Of a DNA stretch of 64,000 nt, positions 58,226 to 64,000 are shown in pieces. A program made the translations under genes and the position numbers. Each line of letters starts with the position of its first letter. The first letter of the stretch is position 1. The stretch is from Lachnospiraceae bacterium (GTDB taxonomy: Bacteria > Bacillota > Clostridia > Lachnospirales > Lachnospiraceae), in NCBI GenBank assembly GCA_900751995.1, contig CAADTP010000046.1, positions 7,290 through 71,289 of the forward strand, written 5' to 3'. The notes under the pieces were generated by a model that was given only the letters and a program-made list of their open reading frames with translations, had not been told where the DNA came from and ran no database searches.

Positions 58226-59458
58226 ATGGATATGAACAATGTAAATATCGAAGAAATCGTTAAACAGGTTCTCTCCGGCATGACAGGAAACGCTCCTGCA
58301 GCAGCTGCTGCAACAAGCGCTCCGGCTGCTCCGGCAGGAAACACAATTCCGAAAAAAGCAAGAGTAGCAATGATGACAGAGAAGAAACATTTTGAGCTTC
58401 AGGAGTATGATCTTCCAGAAGTTGGTGACGACGACATCCTCGTTAAAGTTGAGGGCTGCGGCGTCTGCGGAACAGATGCTCATGAGTACAAAAATGACCC
58501 GTTTGGTCTTATCCCAGTAGTTCTCGGACATGAGGGAACCGGTGAGATCGTAAAAATGGGTAAAAACGTTAAAGTTGATACAGCTGGTAAACCGGTTAAA
58601 GTCGGCGACAAGATCGTTACCTGTATGATCTTCAAAGATGATCCGGAAATCACAATGTTCGACCTTAACAAGAAGAACGTAGGCGGCGCTGACGTATATG
58701 GACTTCTTCCGGATGACGACGTTAAATTCAACGGCTGGTTCGCTGATTACATCTTCATCAGAGGCGGAAAATTCGGTTCTACATTCTTTAATGTAAGTGA
58801 CCTGGATCTTGATTCCCGTATCCTCATCGAGCCATGTGCAGTACTTGTACATGCTGTAGAGAGAGCAAAAACAACAGGAATCCTGAAATTCAACAGCAGA
58901 GTTGTTGTTCAGGGTTGCGGACCGATCGGTCTTATCTGCATCGCAGTTCTCCATACAATGGGCGTTCATAATATCTGTGCAGTAGACGGAAATGAGAAAC
59001 GTCTTGAGTTTGCCAAGAGAATGGGAGCAAACACAACCGTTAACTTCATGAACTTCAAGGGCATTGAGGCACTTACTGAGGCTGTTAAAGAGGCTCAGGG
59101 CGGACATCTTGCAGATTTCGCTTTCCAGTGTACTGGAAATCCTCATGCACACTCCAACATCTACAAATTTATCCGCAACGGCGGCGGTCTTTGCGAGCTT
59201 GGTTTCTTCATCAACGGTGGAGACGCTACCATCAACCCGCACTTCGACCTCTGCTCCAAAGAGATCAACCTTGTTGGTTCCTGGGTATACAACCTCAGAG
59301 ACTATGCAACAACATTTGATTTCCTTAAGAGAGCAAAAGCAATCGGACTTCCAATGTCTGAGCTGATCACACACAAGTTCCCGCTTGAGGAGATCAACGA
59401 GGCACTTGAGACAAACCTGGCAATGACAGGTCTTAAGATCGCGATTGTTAACAAATAA
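58226..59458 (+). CDS. Zn-dependent (MDR) alcohol dehydrogenase with N-terminal encapsulation peptide
   Basis: NIEEIVKQVLSGM, GVCGTD.H, LGHEGTG, EPCAV, GCGPIG. Confidence 0.9.
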   Translation: MDMNNVNIEEIVKQVLSGMTGNAPAAAAATSAPAAPAGNTIPKKARVAMMTEKKHFELQEYDLPEVGDDDILVKVEGCGVCGTDAHEYKNDPFGLIPVVLGHEGTGEIVKMGKNVKVDTAGKPVKVGDKIVTCMIFKDDPEITMFDLNKKNVGGADVYGLLPDDDVKFNGWFADYIFIRGGKFGSTFFNVSDLDLDSRILIEPCAVLVHAVERAKTTGILKFNSRVVVQGCGPIGLICIAVLHTMGVHNICAVDGNEKRLEFAKRMGANTTVNFMNFKGIEALTEAVKEAQGGHLADFAFQCTGNPHAHSNIYKFIRNGGGLCELGFFINGGDATINPHFDLCSKEINLVGSWVYNLRDYATTFDFLKRAKAIGLPMSELITHKFPLEEINEALETNLAMTGLKIAIVNK

Positions 59459-59482
59459 CCTTAACGGGAAAGGAGAAGCAAC

Positions 59483-59797
59483 ATGGCAGAAGCTGTAGGA
59501 ATTCTGGAGGTCTTCGGACTTGCGACAGCCTTTGTGGCAGCTGACGCCGGGTGCAAGGCTGCAAATGTCCACCTGGAGGTATTCGATAAGAATAAACCGG
59601 CGAATGCGGACAGCCTGCCAGTACCGCTTCTTGTCTGCATCAAGTACCGCGGAAGCGTGTCAGATGTCACGGCAGCGGTAGAAGCCGGCATGAAAGTCGC
59701 AGAGAGCATGACAGGCGTGGTACAGCATTACATAATCCCCAACCCGGAACCAGGTACACAGAAAATGCTGAAAATCAGCGCCCTGGATAAAGATTAA
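59483..59797 (+). CDS. BMC-H shell protein, divergent
   Basis: AVGILEVFG...AADAGCKAANV...RGSVSDVTAAV...IIPNP. Confidence 0.88.
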   Translation: MAEAVGILEVFGLATAFVAADAGCKAANVHLEVFDKNKPANADSLPVPLLVCIKYRGSVSDVTAAVEAGMKVAESMTGVVQHYIIPNPEPGTQKMLKISALDKD

Positions 59798-59882
59798 GAG
59801 GATTCCGAAGTTCACTTTACAAAAGTGGCGGAATCATATATGATAAAAATGTAACGAAGATAAGATTCAGGAGGATAGAATC

Positions 59883-60158
59883 ATGGCACAGGAAGCATTA
59901 GGAATGGTTGAGACAAGAGGCCTCACAGCTGCGATCGAGGCAGCAGATGCAATGACAAAAGCAGCAGAGGTTGCTCTGGTAGGAACAGAGAAGATCGGTT
60001 CCGGTCTTGTAACTGTTATGGTTCGTGGAGACGTAGGCGCTGTAAAAGCAGCAGTAGAGAGCGGAAGCGCAGCAGCATCCAGACTTGGAGAGCTTGTAGC
60101 TACACACGTGATCCCGAGACCTCATACAGACGTAGAGAAAATCCTTCCAAAGCTCTGA
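59883..60158 (+). CDS. BMC-H shell protein (PduA/EutM-like)
   Basis: ALGMVETRG...[14 protein letters not shown]...[10 protein letters not shown]...HVIPRPH. Confidence 0.95.
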   Translation: MAQEALGMVETRGLTAAIEAADAMTKAAEVALVGTEKIGSGLVTVMVRGDVGAVKAAVESGSAAASRLGELVATHVIPRPHTDVEKILPKL

Positions 60159-60201
60159 TTCAGGCTTTGTGAGGAATAGAAATTAGTTAAGGAGTTCGCT
60201 C

Positions 60202-60543
60202 ATGGGAAAATCATATGGATTTATAGAAATCACTGGTGTAGTTGCGGCGATCAATGCCCTGGACATCATGTGCAAAACGGCAGACGTTGAGCTGGCGTCA
60301 TGGGAGCGTAAGCTGGGCGGACGACTGGTGACCCTGATCGTACAAGGCGATGTATCAGCAGTTACAGCAGCTGTCAATGCAGCAGTAGAGCAGGCTATCA
60401 AGAAGCCTGCCAGCTATGCGGTAATTGCCAATCCCCACGAGGAAATCGTCAAACTGGTTGAGCTGAGTGCAAGCCGATGGAAAAAGAGACAGCAGGAAAA
60501 TCCGGAAGAAGCACTGGAAAGCAAAAACAGCAGCAAAAAATAA
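60202..60543 (+). CDS. BMC-H shell protein with C-terminal extension
   Basis: GFIEITG...ALDIMCKTADV...GDVSAVTAAV...VIANPH. Confidence 0.9.
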   Translation: MGKSYGFIEITGVVAAINALDIMCKTADVELASWERKLGGRLVTLIVQGDVSAVTAAVNAAVEQAIKKPASYAVIANPHEEIVKLVELSASRWKKRQQENPEEALESKNSSKK

Positions 60544-60615
60544 GCTGTTGCACCAAAATAGTCAAAAGTAAACAGAACAAATAAAGCATTTATAATCCAC
60601 AAGGAGGATATGATC

Positions 60616-60894
60616 ATGACACAGGAAGCATTAGGAATGGTTGAGACAAGAGGACTTACAGCAGCTATCGAGGCAGCTGACCAGATGTGTAAAGCAGCTA
60701 ACGTTGCTCTGGTAGGAACAGAGAAGATCGGTTCCGGTCTTGTAACAGTTATGGTTCGTGGAGATGTAGGAGCAGTTAAATCTGCAGTAGAGAGCGGAAG
60801 CGCAGCAGCATCCAGACTTGGAGAGCTTGTAGCTACACACGTAATCCCGAGACCTCATACAGATGTTGAGAAAATCCTTCCGGTTCTTAAATAA
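60616..60894 (+). CDS. BMC-H shell protein (PduA/EutM-like), near-duplicate of 59883
   Basis: ALGMVETRG...[16 protein letters not shown]...HVIPRPH. Confidence 0.95.
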   Translation: MTQEALGMVETRGLTAAIEAADQMCKAANVALVGTEKIGSGLVTVMVRGDVGAVKSAVESGSAAASRLGELVATHVIPRPHTDVEKILPVLK

Positions 60895-60999
60895 TTTCAA
60901 CTGATTCTTACTGATACGCACCGGCCGAAGGGCCATTAAGGCTTCTGGCCGGTGCTTTTCAGTTTTCAGTTATGAGACCGAAAGAAAGCAGGTGTACTC

Positions 61000-61644
61000 T
61001 TGGAAACGAATAATATTGAAATGATCACAAAAATGGTGATCGATGCGATCAACAAAAACGAAGACAAGGGCAATGGTTTTGTTGTACCTATCGGAGTTTC
61101 CGCAAGACATATTCACCTGACACAGGAGCATGTGGAGGCACTGTTCGGAGAAGGTTATCAGCTTACCAAGAAAAAAGATCTGATGGGCGGACAGTTTGCA
61201 TCCAATGAAACAGTTACCATCGTAGGACTGAAGCTCCGTGCGATCGAGAATGTAAGAATCCTCGGACCTGTCCGCAGCAAATCTCAGGTTGAGGTTTCCG
61301 CAACAGATGCGATCAAGCTGGGAATGAAGGTTCCGGTACGTATGTCCGGTGACCTTGCCGGAAGCGCGCCGATCGCCATTGTCGGACCGAAAGGTGCTAT
61401 TTATCTGAAAGAGGGATGTATTGTGGCCATGCGTCACATTCATATGGCTCCGAAGGATGCCCAGGCTGCGGGTGTACATGATGGTGATATTGTTTCTGTT
61501 AAAGCGGACAATGAGCGCGGAACAATCTTTAATCAGGTTAAGATCCGTGTAGATGACAGCTTTACACTGGAAATGCATATTGATACAGATGAAGCAAATG
61601 CAGCAAGAATTGCCACAGGCAATACAGTTACCATAATCAAATAA
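61000..61644 (+). CDS. pduL: Phosphate propanoyltransferase
   Basis: GVSARHIHL, VRILGP, SQVEVS.TD, AMRHIHM, LEMHIDTDEANAA; TTG start; N-terminal peptide IEMITKMVIDAI. Confidence 0.95.
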   Translation: METNNIEMITKMVIDAINKNEDKGNGFVVPIGVSARHIHLTQEHVEALFGEGYQLTKKKDLMGGQFASNETVTIVGLKLRAIENVRILGPVRSKSQVEVSATDAIKLGMKVPVRMSGDLAGSAPIAIVGPKGAIYLKEGCIVAMRHIHMAPKDAQAAGVHDGDIVSVKADNERGTIFNQVKIRVDDSFTLEMHIDTDEANAARIATGNTVTIIK

Positions 61645-61713
61645 TATTCCTCCTTTGGGGATGCCACTTTCTGGCATCCCTAACAGAGGATATGGAGAAA
61701 AACGGAGGCTCAT

Positions 61714-61980
61714 ATGATCGTAGGCAAAGTAGTTGGAAGCATTGTTTCCACACGAAAAAGTGAAAAACTGATAGGAAATAAATTCATGATTGTAGAGCCG
61801 GTGCATCATATGAAAGCCGAGCACAGCCAGATTGTTGCCATCGATATCATCGGTGCGGGAATCGGCGAGTATGTATTGGTGGCACAAGGAAGCGCAGCAA
61901 GAATAGGCTGCGGCGTAGAAACAGCACCGGTAGATGCCGCAATCGTCGGAATCGTAGATGACGGTGCAGGATTGGAGTAA
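61714..61980 (+). CDS. BMC-P vertex protein (EutN/PduN/CcmL)
   Basis: MIVGKVVGSIVSTRK...VAIDIIGAGIGE.VLV..GSAAR...DAAIVGIVD. Confidence 0.95.
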   Translation: MIVGKVVGSIVSTRKSEKLIGNKFMIVEPVHHMKAEHSQIVAIDIIGAGIGEYVLVAQGSAARIGCGVETAPVDAAIVGIVDDGAGLE

Positions 61981-61984
61981 CGCC

Positions 61985-63313
61985 ATGGATATCAAAGAAT
62001 TACAGAAAATTATGCAGGAGAATGGTGTTGTCGGAGCAGGTGGTGCAGGTTTCCCTACATACATGAAACTGACAGACAAAGCGGATACCATTCTTATGAA
62101 CTGTGCAGAGTGCGAACCATTACTGAAACTTCACAGACAGTTGTTGGAAAAGCACGCATATGAGATCATGAAAACATTCGATATGGTTGCGGAGACGGTA
62201 GGAGCTTCCCAGGCCATTATCGGAATCAAAAAGTCTTATGTACAGACGATCAATGCTTTAAATCAGCATATTGAAGAATTCCCGAGGGTTAAGATCCATC
62301 TTCTGGATGAGGTTTATCCGATGGGTGATGAGGTTGTTCTTATTTATGAGGCAACCGGACGTGTGGTACGGCCAGGAGGACTGCCAATCGAGCAGGGAGT
62401 AGCCGTATTCAATGTAGAGACACTCTACAATGTATACCGCGCGGTAGAAGAACACAAACCGGTTACAAGCAAATATGTTTCCGTTGTTGCAGAAGTTGAG
62501 AATCCTGTTACAGTGAAAGTTCCACTGGGATGCACACTGGAAGAGGTTGTTGCCCAGGCAGGCGGAACAACTGTGAAAGATCCTGTATATTTCGTAGGCG
62601 GCCCGATGATGGGACGTATCGGAAACGGTTCTGATCCGGTTACAAAAACAACGAACGCAATCCTGGTTCTTCCAAAGGACCATGTTATTGTCATGAAGAA
62701 GCAGCGGACTTCTTCTATAGATCTGAAGAGAGCAGCATCCATCTGCTGCCACTGCCATACATGTACAGATCTTTGCCCGAGACACAATCTGGGACACCCG
62801 ATCGATCCGGCAATGTTCATGATGGCAGCATCCAATCAGGATTTCAGAAATGTGAATCCTTATATCAATTCTGCATTCTGCAGCTCCTGTGGCGTCTGCG
62901 AGATGTATGCGTGTCCGCAGAGCCTGGCTCCGAGAACACTGCTTGCAGATATGAAGGGCGGACTTCGTAAGGCCGGAATCAGACCACCTCAGGGTGTTCA
63001 GCCGAAGCCGGTTCAGGAGTCCAGAGAATACCGCAAGGTTCCTGAGGAGCGTCTGATGGCACGTCTGGGACTTACCAGATATGACAAGGATGCACCGCTT
63101 CAGGAAGAACTTGTAAACGTATCGAAGGTAAAGGTTCTCTTAAGCCAGCATATCGGTGCACCGGCACAGGCAATCGTAAATGTAGGCGATATGGTAACAG
63201 AAGGCCAGATGATCGCACAGCCTGCACAGGGATTAAGTGTCGGAATCCATGCAACCATCAGCGGTAAGGTTACAGAAGTGACAGACCGCCATGTTGTAAT
63301 TGCAAGAAATTAG
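61985..63313 (+). CDS. pduS: PduS-like flavin/Fe-S reductase
   Basis: GVVGAGGAGFPT, NCAECEPLL, YPMGDE, GGPMMG, two CxxCxxCxxxCP motifs, LSQHIGAP. Start moved to ATG 61985. Confidence 0.88.
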   Translation: MDIKELQKIMQENGVVGAGGAGFPTYMKLTDKADTILMNCAECEPLLKLHRQLLEKHAYEIMKTFDMVAETVGASQAIIGIKKSYVQTINALNQHIEEFPRVKIHLLDEVYPMGDEVVLIYEATGRVVRPGGLPIEQGVAVFNVETLYNVYRAVEEHKPVTSKYVSVVAEVENPVTVKVPLGCTLEEVVAQAGGTTVKDPVYFVGGPMMGRIGNGSDPVTKTTNAILVLPKDHVIVMKKQRTSSIDLKRAASICCHCHTCTDLCPRHNLGHPIDPAMFMMAASNQDFRNVNPYINSAFCSSCGVCEMYACPQSLAPRTLLADMKGGLRKAGIRPPQGVQPKPVQESREYRKVPEERLMARLGLTRYDKDAPLQEELVNVSKVKVLLSQHIGAPAQAIVNVGDMVTEGQMIAQPAQGLSVGIHATISGKVTEVTDRHVVIARN

Positions 63314-63329
63314 AAAGGACGTGCACAAA

Positions 63330-63878
63330 ATGAGTAGAGCAATCGGAATGATTGAGTTTAAAACCACACCAGCTGGTATCACTGCAGCAGATGCCATGGT
63401 TAAGACATCTGAAGTAGAGATCGTGGAGGCGCAGACAGTATGTCCGGGAAAATATATTGCAATTATCACCGGAGATTTAAGCGCAGTAAAAGCTGCTGTA
63501 GACACAGCTGTAACAACATACGAGGACAAATGTATTGACAGTTTTGTACTGGGCAATCCACATGAGTCCATTTTCCCGGCAATCTACGGAACCACACAGG
63601 TCGAGGAGATCAGTGCCCTGGGAATTCTTGAGACCTATGATGCAGCATCTATCATCGAGGCAGCAGATCAGGCAGCTAAGACAGCTATCGTTGATCTGAT
63701 CGAGCTTCGTATCGCCAAGGGTATGTGCGGTAAATCTTACATGCTCCTTACCGGCGAGGTTTCTGCAGTAGAGGCTTCTATCGAAAGAGCAAAAGAGCTG
63801 GTAGCTGAAAAAGGAATGTACATGGATTCCTCAGTGATCGCTCATCCGGACAAGAGAATGATCGATACGATCCTTTAA
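63330..63878 (+). CDS. pduT: BMC-T shell protein, PduT-like
   Basis: Tandem BMC domains; VCPGKY with the Fe-S-binding Cys. Start moved to ATG 63330. Confidence 0.88.
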   Translation: MSRAIGMIEFKTTPAGITAADAMVKTSEVEIVEAQTVCPGKYIAIITGDLSAVKAAVDTAVTTYEDKCIDSFVLGNPHESIFPAIYGTTQVEEISALGILETYDAASIIEAADQAAKTAIVDLIELRIAKGMCGKSYMLLTGEVSAVEASIERAKELVAEKGMYMDSSVIAHPDKRMIDTIL

Positions 63879-63950
63879 TATTGTCTTTATATCTGAGGGA
63901 TATCCTTTTGAAGGGTATCCCTGCAATGACATCTGAAAAGGAGGCATCTT

Positions 63951-64000
63951 ATGCTAGCATTAGAGAGAAGAAATCTGATTCTCGAGAAATTACAGGAAGA
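63951..64000 (+). CDS. Probable DeoR/GlpR-family regulator, 5' fragment
   Basis: GGAGG RBS, then MLALERRNLILEKLQE, a typical DeoR N terminus; only 16 codons visible. Confidence 0.6.
   Translation, partial: MLALERRNLILEKLQE

Noticed and set aside
58208..59572. 454-aa antisense ORF
   Set aside because: Shadow of the BMC alcohol dehydrogenase.

Overview
Chromosomal window from an anaerobic Firmicute (gene content and style fit Lachnospiraceae, Blautia-like; the taxon is my inference). In order: arginine genes (argG partial and divergent; argC-J-B-D with ARG boxes and a ~570-bp GC-rich structured insert between argJ and argB); an ion transporter with a cytidylate-kinase-like gene; feoA-feoA-feoB with two Cys-rich metal-binding satellites; an ~11.8-kb operon with two nitrogenase-like modules (NifH-like ATPase plus two component-1 subunits each) bracketing hypF-hypC-hypD-hypE and a TM1266-type [FeFe]-hydrogenase-associated small protein; comEA/WalRK-like/GerMN/comEC; a cobalamin-riboswitch operon with a secreted CbiK and a FecCD-type ABC transporter; housekeeping genes (RlmI-type methyltransferase, ddh); two NlpC/P60 hydrolases; a second cobalamin riboswitch; and a glycyl-radical fucose/rhamnose-propanediol microcompartment locus running off the end. 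The best candidate for an undescribed system is the Nif-like/Hyp/TM1266 operon (13754-25505). It has no hydrogenase, hypA/B, nifB or nifEN in the window and sits behind a 300-nt attenuator leader. It may build an Fe-CN/CO cofactor, possibly a HydG-independent route to the [FeFe] H-cluster; that function is a hypothesis. No tRNA, rRNA, CRISPR array or transposase was seen. All family calls come from motif recognition by eye, not database searches.
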